A stretch of DNA of 42,981 nt from an uncultured Oribacterium sp. (GTDB lineage: Bacteria; Bacillota; Clostridia; Lachnospirales; Lachnospiraceae): NCBI GenBank assembly GCA_900772695.1, contig CAAGRO010000442.1, positions 1 to 42,981 on the forward strand. The letters are read 5' to 3'. A model generated the notes under the pieces. That model had not been told where the DNA came from and searched no databases. It saw only the letters and a program-made list of their open reading frames with translations. Position 1 is the first letter of the stretch. Each line of letters starts with the position of its first letter. The position numbers and the translations under genes were made by a program. Shown piece after piece: positions 27,564 to 38,997 of this stretch.

Positions 27564-29699
27564 TCAAGGCTCGGAAACCTCAAAAATCATATCACCATAG
27601 CTCGGATACGGCCAGAGATCCTTATCCACGATCTGCTCAAGCTCATCAACCGGTGTACGCAGTGCGCGCATATCCGGCACGATCGTATCGTGGTATGCAC
27701 GTGCCTTCTTCTCGGCATCCTTCTCCGGGCCATACAGCTCGACATCCTGCAGCAGCTTCGTTCTCGCCTGCTCCATATCGCTGAGAAGCTTCGACGCATG
27801 CAGCAGAAGTCCCTTCTGAACGGATACATCCGCCTCCGGGCACGCCTCGCTCACCTTGCGGATCGAATCCGCCAGACGGGTGGTGTAGTGGATGACCGCC
27901 GGGATGATCTGCTTGCCGGAGATGTTGATCATCGCACGTGCCTCGATATTGATGACCTTCGAGTACTGCTCGTACTCGACCTCCTCACGGCTCACCAGCT
28001 CGGCCTGTGTATAGATACCGAACTCCTTAAAGAGCTTGATCGCCTTCTCGGTGGTCAGGGCCGGAATCGCATCCACCATGGACGGAAGATTCGGAAGACC
28101 TCTGCGTGCTGCCTCCTCTACCCACTCCTCGGAGTAGCCGTTTCCGTTAAAGATGATGCGCTGGTGCTCCGTCAGGAGCTTCTTGATGTAATCATGACAT
28201 GCATCGCTGAAGTTCTCTGCCTTCTCCAGTACGTCGGCAGCTTCCTTAAACTGCTCTGCGACGATGGCGTCAAGGATGATGTTCGCACTTGCGATGGACT
28301 CTGCCGAACCCACCATACGGAACTCGAACTTGTTACCGGTAAAGGCAAACGGCGAGGTACGGTTACGGTCGGTGACGTCGGCATAGAGATCCGGCATGGT
28401 GTTGACACCGGTCGGAAGGATCTTGCCCTGCTTCGACTCGGTCGCATAGCCGGTACCGATCAGCTGCTCCACGACATCCTCGAGCTGGGTGCCGATGAAG
28501 GCAGAAACGATCGCTGGTGGTGCCTCATCCGCACCGAGACGATGCTCGTTTCCGACATCCGCTGCACTGAGACGGAGAAGATCTGCATGCTTATCAACGG
28601 CTGCCAGTACACAGGCCAGCACCAGAAGGAACTGAATGTTCTCATGCGGCGTCTCGCCCGGATACATCAGATTGATGCCATCATCCGTTACGAGGGACCA
28701 GTTGTTGTGCTTACCGGAACCATTGACACCGGAGAACGGTTTCTCGTGAAGCAGGCACTCGAGACCATGGCGTGGTGCGGTCTTCTTCATAACCTCCATC
28801 ACCAGCTGGTTATGGTCGACGGCGAGGTTTGCCTCATCATAGACCGGTGCCAGCTCATGCTGTGCCGGTGCGACCTCGTTATGCTCGGTCTTCGCGGTGA
28901 CACCGAGCTTCCAGAGCTGTACATCCACATCGCGCATGAAGGCAGCGATGCGATGACGGATGGAACCGAAGTAGTGGTCATCGAGCTCCTGGCCCTTCGC
29001 CGGCATCACACCGAAGAGGGTACGTCCTGTATAGATGAGGTCCTTCCGCTTCAGATACTTGTTCCGGTCGATCAGGAAGTACTCCTGCTCTGCACCGACA
29101 GATGGCTTCACCGACTTCGATGTCGTGTTACCGAACAGCTGGAGAATACGCAGTGCCTGTTCATTGACCGCCTGCATGGAGCGAAGCAGCGGGGTCTTCG
29201 TATCCAGTGCCTCACCACCGAAGGAACAGAAGGAGGTCGGAATGCAAAGTGTTACGATTTCGCCATGCTCTCCCTCGCGACGAAGGAAGGCCGGGCTGGT
29301 GCAGTCCCAGATGGTGTAGCCTCTCGCCTCAAAGGTCGCACGAAGTCCACCGGACGGGAATGAGGATGCATCGGCCTCACTGCGGACCAGCTCCTTGCCG
29401 GAGAACTCCATGATGACCTTACCATCGGCATCGGCGGCCGAGATAAAGGAATCATGCTTCTCTGCGGTGATCCCGGTCAGCGGCTGGAACCAGTGCGTGT
29501 AGTGGGTCGCACCGTTCTCGAGTGCCCACTCCTTCATCGCCTGTGCCACCGCATCCGCGATGGTCGGATCGAGCTCGTAGCCCTCTGTGATGGTCTTCTT
29601 CAGCTTCTTATAGACTGCCTTCGGAAGACGCTCCTGCATTACCTTGTCATTAAAAACATCCTCACCGAAAATTTCCGTAACATTTAAAACTTCACTCAT
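27564..29699 (-). CDS. glnA: Glutamine synthetase type III
   Basis: 711 aa; [62 protein letters not shown]. Confidence 0.95.
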   Translation of the reverse strand: MSEVLNVTEIFGEDVFNDKVMQERLPKAVYKKLKKTITEGYELDPTIADAVAQAMKEWALENGATHYTHWFQPLTGITAEKHDSFISAADADGKVIMEFSGKELVRSEADASSFPSGGLRATFEARGYTIWDCTSPAFLRREGEHGEIVTLCIPTSFCSFGGEALDTKTPLLRSMQAVNEQALRILQLFGNTTSKSVKPSVGAEQEYFLIDRNKYLKRKDLIYTGRTLFGVMPAKGQELDDHYFGSIRHRIAAFMRDVDVQLWKLGVTAKTEHNEVAPAQHELAPVYDEANLAVDHNQLVMEVMKKTAPRHGLECLLHEKPFSGVNGSGKHNNWSLVTDDGINLMYPGETPHENIQFLLVLACVLAAVDKHADLLRLSAADVGNEHRLGADEAPPAIVSAFIGTQLEDVVEQLIGTGYATESKQGKILPTGVNTMPDLYADVTDRNRTSPFAFTGNKFEFRMVGSAESIASANIILDAIVAEQFKEAADVLEKAENFSDACHDYIKKLLTEHQRIIFNGNGYSEEWVEEAARRGLPNLPSMVDAIPALTTEKAIKLFKEFGIYTQAELVSREEVEYEQYSKVINIEARAMINISGKQIIPAVIHYTTRLADSIRKVSEACPEADVSVQKGLLLHASKLLSDMEQARTKLLQDVELYGPEKDAEKKARAYHDTIVPDMRALRTPVDELEQIVDKDLWPYPSYGDMIFEVSEP

Positions 29700-29746
29700 T
29701 CATTGTCTCCTTCTACTCCCCTATGAAAGGAAGAACATAGTGCGTG

Positions 29747-29779
29747 AAAAGAACCCGTCCCAGAATCTGGGGCAGGTTC
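29747..29779 (-). terminator. Terminator after fba
   Basis: GAACC..CCCAGA/TCTGGG..GGTTC stem with TTTT on the minus strand. Confidence 0.6.
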
Positions 29780-29796
29780 CAAAAGTAACCGATTAA

Positions 29797-30660
29797 TTAA
29801 GCCTTGTGTGCTGAACCGAATACAGCGATACGTGCCTTGCACTCCTCGATGATGGCATCTGCACCCGGCTTCAGAAGCTTACGAGGATCGTAGCCCTTAC
29901 CCTGAAGATCCTTACCAGCCTCGATGTACGCTCTGGTCGCCTTTGCAAACACGATCTGAAGCTCCGTGTTTACATTGATCTTTGAAACGCCGAGCGAAAT
30001 CGCCTTCTGGATCATCTCATCCGGGATACCGGAACCGCCGTGAAGAACCATCGGAAGATCACCGATCTGCTCCTTGATGGCTGCGAGTACCTCGAAGTCG
30101 AGACCCTGCCAGTCTGCCGGATATACACCGTGGATGTTGCCGATACCAGCTGCAAGGAAATCCACGCCAAGATCTGCGATGCGCTTGCACTCTGCAGGAT
30201 CTGCCTTCTCACCGGCAGAGGTAACACCATCCTCTACACCGCCGATACCGCCGACCTCAGCCTCCAAGCTGCAGCCATGCTCATGTGCGAGCTTTACGAG
30301 CTCCTTGGTCTTCTCCACGTTCTCGTCGATGTCATAGTGTGAACCATCGAACATAACCGACGTAAAGCCGGCCTCGATGCACGCCTTCGCTCCATCGTAT
30401 GTGCCGTGGTCAAGGTGAAGTGCCACCGGAACGGTGATGCCGAGCTCCTCAACCATCGCCTTTACCATCGCAGCAACGGTCTTAAAGCCGGTCATGTACT
30501 TGCCTGCACCCTCGGATACACCGAGGATCACCGGAGACTGTACCTCTTCGCATGCGAGCAGTACAGACTTCGCCCACTCCAGATCGTTGATGTTGAAGTG
30601 TGGTACAGCATAGTGACCAGCCAGTGCCTTATCAAGCATTCCCTTCGCGTTAACTAACAT
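29797..30660 (-). CDS. fba: Class II fructose-1,6-bisphosphate aldolase
   Basis: VALHLDHG, SVMFDGS, GNIHG, VLHGGSG, KINVNT, YDPRK. Confidence 0.96.
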   Translation of the reverse strand: MLVNAKGMLDKALAGHYAVPHFNINDLEWAKSVLLACEEVQSPVILGVSEGAGKYMTGFKTVAAMVKAMVEELGITVPVALHLDHGTYDGAKACIEAGFTSVMFDGSHYDIDENVEKTKELVKLAHEHGCSLEAEVGGIGGVEDGVTSAGEKADPAECKRIADLGVDFLAAGIGNIHGVYPADWQGLDFEVLAAIKEQIGDLPMVLHGGSGIPDEMIQKAISLGVSKINVNTELQIVFAKATRAYIEAGKDLQGKGYDPRKLLKPGADAIIEECKARIAVFGSAHKA

Positions 30661-30694
30661 TGTATTTCCTCCTATAAAATAGCATTTAGAAACT

Positions 30695-30712
30695 ATGTGA
30701 ATATATTAACAC
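30695..30712. promoter_or_regulatory. Rex-like operator upstream of fba
   Basis: ATGTGAA-TATA-TTAACAC resembles TTGTKAA-N4-TTMACAA. Confidence 0.5.
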
Positions 30713-30838
30713 AGTCCGCATTGTATTTCTACAGAAACATAGACAAGCTATCCTTCCTTTTCCATGTTTCCTATACACACTTTCACTAAACACATCCCTG
30801 TCGTTCTTTCACAGGCACAGTGCGCTCTCTGGAAAATC

Positions 30839-32320
30839 TCAGGCGAATAGGAAGTCCTCGACCATCTTCTTCATCTCAGAAATCTCACAGACCTCGCTGT
30901 GACGGATCTCTGCGTTTCGTACCTCACGAATCGCACGTGGCTCCGGCACACCGGAAATCGCGGAAAGCTGATCGATGACATCGAACACATCCTGATTTTC
31001 CACATCGTTCCCAAGGGCCTTCATCACATTCGGCGCAAACTTGTACGGGCTTGCGGTCGATGCAATCACGGTCTTCCGTGTGTCGCCATTCTTTTCAGCA
31101 TACTGCTTATAGACGGCAGATGCAACTGCTGTATGCGGATCCAGTACATATCCGGTCTCTTCCTTCAGATCACGGATGGTCTTAAAGACCTCCGCTTCCT
31201 CTGCGAAGCCACCGACGAAGTCCGCCATGAACTGACGCATATCGTCACTCACCTCATACACGCCCTTCGTACGAAGGTCCTCCATGAGCTGTGCGGTCTT
31301 CGCGCTGTCGCAGCCGGTGCTGAGGTAGATGAGGCGCTCCAGGTTCGAGGAAATCAGGATATCCATCGACGGGCTGGAGGTCAGAATAAACGGACGGTTC
31401 CGGTTATACTCGCCGGTACCGAAGAAGTCGGTCAATACCTTATTTTCGTTGGATGCGCAGATCAGCTTCTCGATCGGCACACCCATGTGCTTCGCGAGAT
31501 ATGCTGCCAGGATATTCCCGAAGTTACCGGTCGGGACGCAGACATTGATCTTCTCACTCTCTGCGACATCGCCGGCCTGCAGCATCTGACCATACGCATA
31601 GACATAGTAGACCACCTGCGGAATCAGACGGCCGATGTTGATGGAGTTCGCCGAGCTCAGAACGACGCCCTGTGCCTTCAGCTTCTGGGCGAATGCCTGA
31701 TCATGGAAGATCTGCTTCACACCGGTCTGGGCATCGTCGAAGTTTCCACGGATCGCTGCTGCATGGGTGTTCTTCCCCGGTTCGGTCCGCATCTGCAGCT
31801 CCTGGAAACGGGAAACACCACCATACGGATAGAATACGATGATTTCCGTACCCGGTACATCCGCGAAGCCGGCCATCGCTGCCTTTCCGGTATCACCGGA
31901 GGTCGCGGTCAGAATCACGATGCGATCCGTCACCTGATTCTTCCGTGCACTGGTCACCATCAGGTGTGGGAGGATGGAAAGGGCCATATCCTTAAATGCG
32001 ATGGTCTTTCCATGGAACAGCTCGAGGTACCATGCACCGCCCTTCTTTACCAGCGGTGCGATCTTCGGATCCTCGAACTTCTCATCGTAGGCCGCACAGA
32101 TACAGTGCCGAAGCTCCTCCTCGGTGAAATCCGTGAAAAACTCCTTCATAATCTCATACGCAAGATCCTGATATGAAAGCGTGCTTAATTCCGAAAGTGG
32201 CTTCGTAAGTACCGGAAGCTTCTCCGGCATAAAAAGACCACCATCCGACGCGAGCCCCTTCAGAATCGCCTCCGATGCGCGGAGTCCGTTCTCTCCCCCT
32301 CGGGTACTGTTGTAAAGCAT
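30839..32320 (-). CDS. thrC: Threonine synthase
   Basis: YNSTRG, GLASDGGL, ELFHGKTIAFKD (PLP Lys), ATSGDTG, NSINIGR, VPTGNFGN. Confidence 0.96.
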   Translation of the reverse strand: MLYNSTRGGENGLRASEAILKGLASDGGLFMPEKLPVLTKPLSELSTLSYQDLAYEIMKEFFTDFTEEELRHCICAAYDEKFEDPKIAPLVKKGGAWYLELFHGKTIAFKDMALSILPHLMVTSARKNQVTDRIVILTATSGDTGKAAMAGFADVPGTEIIVFYPYGGVSRFQELQMRTEPGKNTHAAAIRGNFDDAQTGVKQIFHDQAFAQKLKAQGVVLSSANSINIGRLIPQVVYYVYAYGQMLQAGDVAESEKINVCVPTGNFGNILAAYLAKHMGVPIEKLICASNENKVLTDFFGTGEYNRNRPFILTSSPSMDILISSNLERLIYLSTGCDSAKTAQLMEDLRTKGVYEVSDDMRQFMADFVGGFAEEAEVFKTIRDLKEETGYVLDPHTAVASAVYKQYAEKNGDTRKTVIASTASPYKFAPNVMKALGNDVENQDVFDVIDQLSAISGVPEPRAIREVRNAEIRHSEVCEISEMKKMVEDFLFA

Positions 32321-32405
32321 GCGGCTACCTCCCATTTTTCATGTATGTGTACGTTTAAATGACTGCTTCTATCCTTCATCGGTCGACCTCGACCGTGATG
32401 GGCTG

Positions 32406-33035
32406 TTATTCGGCTCCGTTCTCCGGTGTATCGAGAATCTTCTGAATCTTCGTACGCATGAGATCGAAGGCGACATCGTTCATACCACTGTTGATGACGA
32501 TGTCCGCGAGTGCTTTCGTCGGCTCGACATACAGATAGTGCATCGGCTTTACCGTCGTCAGATACTGCTCGGAGATATCCTCGACATGACGACCGCGCTC
32601 CTTCACATCACGGATGATGCGGCGGATGATACGCTCATCTGCATCGGCTTCCACATAGATTTTGATATCGAAAAGAGAACGAAGCTCCGGATTTTCGAGA
32701 ACGAGGATACCCTCGATGATGATGATTCTGCTCGGTCGAAGCTCGGTCGTCTCCTGCGAACGGTTATGCTCGGCATAGTTATACACCGGACACTGTACAC
32801 ACTCGCCGCGCCGAAGCGCCTTCAGATGTGCGATGAGAAGATCCGTTTCGAACGCATCCGGATGATCGTAGTTCACCTTCTGACGCACCTCAAACGGGAT
32901 GCCATCATTCGACTTATAGTAATTATCGTGATAAATCACGGTGACCTGATCACCGAATTCCTTTTTCAGACGATTCGTAAAGGTAGACTTGCCGGAGCCT
33001 GAACCACCGGCGATACCGATCATGATACAGTTCAT
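32406..33035 (-). CDS. udk: Uridine kinase
   Basis: IGIAGGSGSGKST, NYDHPDAF, RRIIRDVKERGR. Confidence 0.95.
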   Translation of the reverse strand: MNCIMIGIAGGSGSGKSTFTNRLKKEFGDQVTVIYHDNYYKSNDGIPFEVRQKVNYDHPDAFETDLLIAHLKALRRGECVQCPVYNYAEHNRSQETTELRPSRIIIIEGILVLENPELRSLFDIKIYVEADADERIIRRIIRDVKERGRHVEDISEQYLTTVKPMHYLYVEPTKALADIVINSGMNDVAFDLMRTKIQKILDTPENGAE

Positions 33036-33071
33036 CTTTCACCTCTCACATCTCTGTTCAATAGATAACAT

Positions 33072-33587
33072 TTAAGCATAAACAGACTTCGTTTTCAAGA
33101 ATTGCTTTATGTGCATAAAAAGAGAAACAATCGCGATTCCGAGCAGCACCCCGCCGCTGTCAATGAGCACATCGCTCACCCGCCCGGCACGTCCCGGCAC
33201 AAACAGCTGATGAAACTCATCACTCGCCGCATAGAGAACACCGAGCGGAAAGGCCGTACAGAGCAGCTTTCTCCGCTTCGGTACCACCGTCACCGACAGT
33301 ACACTCAGACTGTACAGTATGCCGAGAATCGTATACTCGCTGGCATGGGCGAGCTTCCTGACCGGATAGTCGATCTGCATCGCAAGTGCCCGCTGCTCTG
33401 CCACCGTCCAGTCACGATAGCCCGGCACCACGAGCTCTGCCACGAGCGTACCGGCCCTGAGACTCGTTTCCGTCGACAGATCTGCGTTCTGCTGCGACAT
33501 CATAAAAATAAACATCATCCACAGAAGACTCAGCAGAAAGCAGACACGCGCTGCTTTCCGACGTCTATAATCTATCATCACGTACAC
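33072..33587 (-). CDS. VanZ-family membrane protein
   Basis: IFMMSQQ, VRKLAHASEY, YAASDEFHQLFVPGR, DVLID. Confidence 0.9.
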   Translation of the reverse strand: MYVMIDYRRRKAARVCFLLSLLWMMFIFMMSQQNADLSTETSLRAGTLVAELVVPGYRDWTVAEQRALAMQIDYPVRKLAHASEYTILGILYSLSVLSVTVVPKRRKLLCTAFPLGVLYAASDEFHQLFVPGRAGRVSDVLIDSGGVLLGIAIVSLFMHIKQFLKTKSVYA

Positions 33588-33594
33588 TCCCTTA

Positions 33595-34323
33595 TCATCC
33601 TTTCGACTGCACTTTCCGGCGCACCGGATGCGGCTTCAGCTGTCGCACGCTGAAGCCGAGTGCCAGAAGCGACAGAAGCACGAGAAACAGGAGGGCGATG
33701 ACATACGCCTGTACCCCACCGATGCCGAAGTGCCCACGGAACTGAACGAACAGCAGGGCAGCCAGGATGCAGAGCGTCATGCCAGCATACGACACCAGGG
33801 TGGCTGCCGTCGGGATATAGATACTGACACTGACGAGGATGCCGATGCTCGTGGACAGCATCGCGCATACGAAGGCTGTGAGCAGGTACATCAGGATATC
33901 GAAGAAGGTAATACCGCCATAGATGTATACGGTCGCGAAGATCGGAAGCGCCGTCGCGACGAGCAGCATCAGTGTACTCATCACACTCATCAGCTTGCCG
34001 ATGATGATATCCGCCGGTGTCAGCTGGGTCGTCAGCAGAAGGCCCAGTGAACGCTGATCCCGCTCACTGGCGACCGAGGAAGCGGCCAGTGCCGGCGCGA
34101 TCAGAATCACGAGCAGAAGCTCCAGCAGTGCCGCGATATAGTAGATGCGCAGGAAGCTCCGATACGCGATCTCTCCCGCCAGCTCCGCCGTCGAGACGAT
34201 ATAAAACAGATTGATCAGAATCAGGATGCTCAGTCCCCCGTTGAGGAGTGTCACAAGCAGTGGAAGCGTCAGACTACGTGCGTTGATGATCTCATCCCTC
34301 CGAAAAATCGGATTCAGCTTCAT
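33595..34323 (-). CDS. ABC-2-type transporter permease
   Basis: MKLNPIFRRD, PALAASSVASERDQRSLGLLLTTQL..IIIGKL; about 6 TM helices. Confidence 0.85.
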   Translation of the reverse strand: MKLNPIFRRDEIINARSLTLPLLVTLLNGGLSILILINLFYIVSTAELAGEIAYRSFLRIYYIAALLELLLVILIAPALAASSVASERDQRSLGLLLTTQLTPADIIIGKLMSVMSTLMLLVATALPIFATVYIYGGITFFDILMYLLTAFVCAMLSTSIGILVSVSIYIPTAATLVSYAGMTLCILAALLFVQFRGHFGIGGVQAYVIALLFLVLLSLLALGFSVRQLKPHPVRRKVQSKG

Positions 34324-35263
34324 AGTACGTCACCCTCCTTTCTTCGCGTGCACCGGTCAGCTGCAGGAAAAGCGATTCCAGGTCACCCTTCTCCCGATGA
34401 AATCCACGCACCGGCACACCGGCCTCGATCAGCCGCCGAAGCAGCGCCGATTCATCCTTCTGCGTGCCTGCATACGTAATCAGCAGATTCTTATCCCGGA
34501 TACTGATCGATTTCACCAGACGATCATGCTTCAGTGTCTGCATCGCCGGGCTCAGATTTCCTGCGATGCTGATGATGATCGGATTCGACGCATCCACCCG
34601 ATCCAGCACCTCATGGATTTTTCCTTCCATGACCAGACGGCCGCGATCGAGGATGCCGATATCCGTACACAGATCCGAAATCTCCGTGAGTGTACGCGAG
34701 CTGGTCAGGATGGTTTTTCCGGAATCCGCGAGGCTCGCGAGGATCTGCCGGAACTCAAAGCGCGTCGCCGGATCCAGATCGGCCGTCGGCTCATCCATGA
34801 CGAGGATCTTCGGGTCATGGATCAGCGCACGGGCCAGACTCAGCTTCTGCTGCATCCCCCGGCTCAGCGAATCCATATACTGTCCCTGCCGGTCACGTAA
34901 GCCGACGAGATCGAGCAGCATCTGAATCTGTCGCTTCGTCTTCACACCAGACAGATCATAGCAGTCCGCAAAAAAGTCCATATACTCCGCTACACGAAGG
35001 TTCGGATAGGCATCGATCCGATCCGGCACATATCCGATGCGGCGCTTCAGGCGACGTACATCGGCACCTGCCTCCATATCATCGATCAGGACCTGACCGC
35101 TGTCCGGATACACGAGTCCGAGCAGCATACGAAGTGCCGTGGTTTTCCCGGCACCATTTGGTCCGACGAGTGCATACAGTGCGCCATCCTCCACATGCAT
35201 CGTGAGCCCGTCGAGCGCTGTCACATGACCGTAGCTCTTCGTGATATTTTCAAAAGAAATCAT
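34292..35263 (-). CDS. ABC transporter ATP-binding protein
   Basis: GPNGAGKTT, LSRGMQQK, ILVMDEP; H-loop His replaced by Arg. Confidence 0.9.
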   Translation of the reverse strand: MISFENITKSYGHVTALDGLTMHVEDGALYALVGPNGAGKTTALRMLLGLVYPDSGQVLIDDMEAGADVRRLKRRIGYVPDRIDAYPNLRVAEYMDFFADCYDLSGVKTKRQIQMLLDLVGLRDRQGQYMDSLSRGMQQKLSLARALIHDPKILVMDEPTADLDPATRFEFRQILASLADSGKTILTSSRTLTEISDLCTDIGILDRGRLVMEGKIHEVLDRVDASNPIIISIAGNLSPAMQTLKHDRLVKSISIRDKNLLITYAGTQKDESALLRRLIEAGVPVRGFHREKGDLESLFLQLTGAREERRVTYYEAESDFSEG

Positions 35264-35297
35264 GGATACGCTCCTTTCTCAACGTGGTCTCCTCACA

Positions 35298-37838
35298 TCA
35301 GATGCCGGTTTCTGTCTCCTCCGGCATGCTGTCCTCCCCGATAAACTCCGCTGCCTCAAGTTCAGCCGCATCGATCATTTCGATCGGTTTTTCTTCGGTA
35401 TTCCGTGCCGTCACGGTCAGCATCGGGAGGTACCGTCGCTCATCGATCCCCGTGTTCTCCTCACTCGAGGTGAAGCGTACGATGAGTACATTATCCTCAT
35501 CGAGATAGCTGTCCAGCTGTGCCCGCGTCAGCACACCGTTTCCGATATCGATGACATCGAAGCCGCCGGTCGTATAATTATAGAAGCTCATGCTGCCACG
35601 GAACGGCCGCACGCTGCCGACGGACTTCGCGTCTCCCGCATCATCCGCCGAAAGACTCTCGATCGTGAGACTCGTGATGTCACTGCCCTCGCCGAGATGG
35701 TACTCGAGCGTCGTCGGCCATGCACTCGCGACCGTGTTCTCCGTCGTATCATAATCACCGGACTGGATCTGCGGGTCCGTCGACAGTGCACTGTAGCTGT
35801 AGACATCCCCCACGCGGGTACTGAGCGGCAGCGAGGAAACCACCATCGTGAAGCCATAGCTGTCGAGATCGGTCTGCTCCGTGAAATCCAGCGGCTGCTT
35901 CTCCGGATTTTCCTCCCGGACGCAGCCGACGATGCGCGCATCACTGAAATAGCCGTTCAGGCTGTTCATCAGATAGTAGCGAAGGAAGCTCTGCCAGCCT
36001 CCGCTGGTGACACTGGCGGCGATTTTCCGACTGTCCCCCACCGGTACATTGATGGTCTCACAGTGTCCGAGGTCAATGCTGGCACCGGCATCCAGACGTC
36101 CGATCCGGATCACCTTTCCATAGATCAGCAGTGCCGCATCGCTGAGGTCATAGGCTGTGCCATTCGTGAGCGTGCCACGTACACTGCCGTCCGCAAAGAC
36201 GATATCCGACTGAAAACTTCCATCGGTGTTCGGCATGTTGTTGTGAAGCTCGAAGTAACGGGCAGCAAACGGTGCAGCGTTCTGAATCGTAATCGTCTTT
36301 CTCTCACGACCATTATCGATGCTCGTATGGCTCACATACTCCTCCGACGAGAGCAGGCCCTGGATATCCCCTGTAAAGTCTGCGCCCTTCAGAATCGGAT
36401 ATACATCATACTCCGTCTTCACCGGAAGCTCATAGCTTCGGTAGTATGGTGAGCGCAGGTTCAGATAATCCGTCTCATCGACACTGTCCGCCGAGATGTT
36501 TTTCAGGCGGACACAGGTCAGAAACGGACCCATGAATCGGGTACCGAGTCCCATGACATACACGAGAATGATCGTCAGCGCCGTCACCAGCAGGACGCCC
36601 GGACGGTACATCCGAAGGACCTCCCGTTCGCGCATGAAAAAGTAGAGTCCCGGCCCGATCAGAAGCACATAGGCAGCGAGAATAACGGCATAGAGCAGTG
36701 GCTTCGGTACCTTCCGGAGATCACTCAGATTCATAAGCTCCTGTACATTCCAGTAGCGGGCGAGACTCCGCTCCGAAGCCGTAACGGAAAGATTTTCGAG
36801 ACGCGTTTTCCCGAGAATCGCAGAAAAGAGCTGATCGATGTATCCGCTCTGCTCCGTAGCGAAGCGGGTAAGGTCACAGAAATCATAGCCGCTGATAACG
36901 ACGATCCCCGCTCCCTCCGAGACCTCCGAAACGATCGGCACACCATCTGAAAGCACGACCTCCTGTCCACCTTTGAGATGAACCGGGGAGGCCGTCAGCG
37001 CGAGGAGTTCCGAATCCCCGTCCTCATGATACGTGTTCCCCATCTCGAGACTCATCTCCATCGGCTGAAGTGCACTCCGAAGGTACGCTGCGTAGTATGG
37101 GCTCAGGGCATCCTCCCCGCGCGCACCCGTTCCCAGCACCAGGATACCGCCATCCCGTACCCACTGTGCGATGACCTCTGCCTCGTTCTTGCGTATGTTC
37201 TTCATCGAAAAATCCGAAATCAGGAGAACATCCAGCTGATCGAGCTCGTTTTCCGAATCTGGCAGGTCGTCGACCGGCAGACTCACACTGCGTGTCCGGA
37301 GAATACCGTTATTGATCCCCACATCATTCAGATAGCTGAGCGCCTCCGGATGGTCGGAGATGATACCGATGATGAGCTCCGCATCGGAGCCTGCAACATC
37401 GAGGCCGATACGCCGTGAGCCCAGCGCATGCCCCTCTCTGTCCTCCGCGGTCACCAGCAGCTGGCTGATACCGGAGCTGAGTGACACCGTCACATTCAGC
37501 GTATCCGAGGAACCGCCCTCAACGATTTTCTGATAGCGGTACTCATAGACACTGTCCTCCGACTCGACCATATAGACATGGATATAGCCGGAGAAGGTGC
37601 TTTCCTGATGGTTTTCGATCCCGATGCTGAGGGGCAGACGCCGACCGGCCTTCGCCGTGTTCTGATAGCCATAGGTCACCGAGAGGTCGACGGTATCCGC
37701 ATAGCTACGCATCGAAAACAGAAGCAGCAGGCCGAGCAGGGTCAGTACGAACCACAGTCCCCGGCGGATGCTGCGGAAGCCAGATAAACGATTTGAAATT
37801 CGTCGAATCGACATACTTCGCTTATATCCGGAACTCAA
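35298..37838 (-). CDS. Large hypothetical membrane-anchored protein (ABC accessory)
   Basis: 846 aa; N-terminal signal/TM; GATase-like segment (LDVLLISD..WVRDGGILVLG); two central TM helices; start codon uncertain. Confidence 0.75.
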   Translation of the reverse strand: MSSGYKRSMSIRRISNRLSGFRSIRRGLWFVLTLLGLLLLFSMRSYADTVDLSVTYGYQNTAKAGRRLPLSIGIENHQESTFSGYIHVYMVESEDSVYEYRYQKIVEGGSSDTLNVTVSLSSGISQLLVTAEDREGHALGSRRIGLDVAGSDAELIIGIISDHPEALSYLNDVGINNGILRTRSVSLPVDDLPDSENELDQLDVLLISDFSMKNIRKNEAEVIAQWVRDGGILVLGTGARGEDALSPYYAAYLRSALQPMEMSLEMGNTYHEDGDSELLALTASPVHLKGGQEVVLSDGVPIVSEVSEGAGIVVISGYDFCDLTRFATEQSGYIDQLFSAILGKTRLENLSVTASERSLARYWNVQELMNLSDLRKVPKPLLYAVILAAYVLLIGPGLYFFMREREVLRMYRPGVLLVTALTIILVYVMGLGTRFMGPFLTCVRLKNISADSVDETDYLNLRSPYYRSYELPVKTEYDVYPILKGADFTGDIQGLLSSEEYVSHTSIDNGRERKTITIQNAAPFAARYFELHNNMPNTDGSFQSDIVFADGSVRGTLTNGTAYDLSDAALLIYGKVIRIGRLDAGASIDLGHCETINVPVGDSRKIAASVTSGGWQSFLRYYLMNSLNGYFSDARIVGCVREENPEKQPLDFTEQTDLDSYGFTMVVSSLPLSTRVGDVYSYSALSTDPQIQSGDYDTTENTVASAWPTTLEYHLGEGSDITSLTIESLSADDAGDAKSVGSVRPFRGSMSFYNYTTGGFDVIDIGNGVLTRAQLDSYLDEDNVLIVRFTSSEENTGIDERRYLPMLTVTARNTEEKPIEMIDAAELEAAEFIGEDSMPEETETGI

Positions 37839-38986
37839 AATGTTCTCTCCTCATCAAAATGGATCTTCAGTCGGACAGTGAAGACGGTTCCCGAAAGATC
37901 CGAGGAAACCGACACCGTACCATGATGCATATCGGTGATGTTCTTGACGATGGCCAGGCCGAGGCCCGTTCCACCAGGACCGGACGCGTTCGTCCGGCTG
38001 TGATCCGTCCGGTAAAACCGATCGAAAATCAGCGGCAGCTCATTTTCCGGAATAATATAACCGTAATTCACGATTTTGATCGTCACGATCTCTCGATCCG
38101 CCCGGAGGTTGACACGGACACGCTTTCCTTCCTTACCATACTTGATGGCATTGCCGATCAGATTATCGAAAAGGCGCGCCAGCAGATCGCCATCCGCTTC
38201 GATGATCTGCGACTTCCGATTCGATACGAAATCATAGCTGAGGCCGTTCTTCTGAAAATTCGGATAGCTCTCCTCGAGAAGCTGTGTCAGCAGCTCGACG
38301 ATGTCTACCTTCGCCACGTTCATATTGATTTTTCCATAGGAAAGCTTCGTGAAGCCGAACAGCTCCTCGATCAGCTTCTGAAGACGTACCGACTTGTTGT
38401 AGGCGATGTCCAGATACTTCTGCTGCATCTCCGGTGAGAGCTTCTGATTCTTCCGAAGCAGCTCGAGATAACCGAGGATGGAGGTCAGCGGCGTCCGCAG
38501 ATCATGTGCGACATTGGTAATCAGGTCCGTTTTCGACTGCTCTGATGTCCGCTCCTTATCGATGAGTTCCTGGATATCCTCCTCCATGCGATTCAGATTC
38601 TCCGCGATATCGGTAAGCTCACCCTCGCCTTCCAGCTCCAGACGGGTACTGAGATCGCCTTCGGAAATCTGCTTCACCGCATGGGCGATCGTTTCGATAT
38701 CCCGCGCCATCTTTCGCTGCAGAAGCAGGAAAATCAGTGAGAACAGGAGAATTCCGAGCAGCACGAAAAGCAGGACACTGAGGGTCGAGCCGAGCGCGAA
38801 GCGCTGCAGAGCCTGAGAATCGTTTCCTGTCTGATAAAGGAAGCTGGAGATGGCGGTGAGATTCGTGATGAGAAACACGAGGATGATGATCGTGATCACC
38901 GACGCGATGCCGATATGTGCCATCAGCTGCATCATATAGCCATGCCCATGGGTATGATTTTTCTGCTCGTTCATATCCTTTTCCAA
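37835..38986 (-). CDS. Sensor histidine kinase (HAMP-HisKA-HATPase)
   Basis: Two TM helices with a short loop; AHDLRTPLT, NLIGNAIKY, FDRFYR, GTGLGL. Confidence 0.95.
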   Translation of the reverse strand: MEKDMNEQKNHTHGHGYMMQLMAHIGIASVITIIILVFLITNLTAISSFLYQTGNDSQALQRFALGSTLSVLLFVLLGILLFSLIFLLLQRKMARDIETIAHAVKQISEGDLSTRLELEGEGELTDIAENLNRMEEDIQELIDKERTSEQSKTDLITNVAHDLRTPLTSILGYLELLRKNQKLSPEMQQKYLDIAYNKSVRLQKLIEELFGFTKLSYGKINMNVAKVDIVELLTQLLEESYPNFQKNGLSYDFVSNRKSQIIEADGDLLARLFDNLIGNAIKYGKEGKRVRVNLRADREIVTIKIVNYGYIIPENELPLIFDRFYRTDHSRTNASGPGGTGLGLAIVKNITDMHHGTVSVSSDLSGTVFTVRLKIHFDEERTF

Positions 38987-38997
38987 CGTCGTGATGC

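Noticed and set aside
27510..29363. 617-aa plus-strand ORF
   Set aside because: Antisense shadow of glutamine synthetase III
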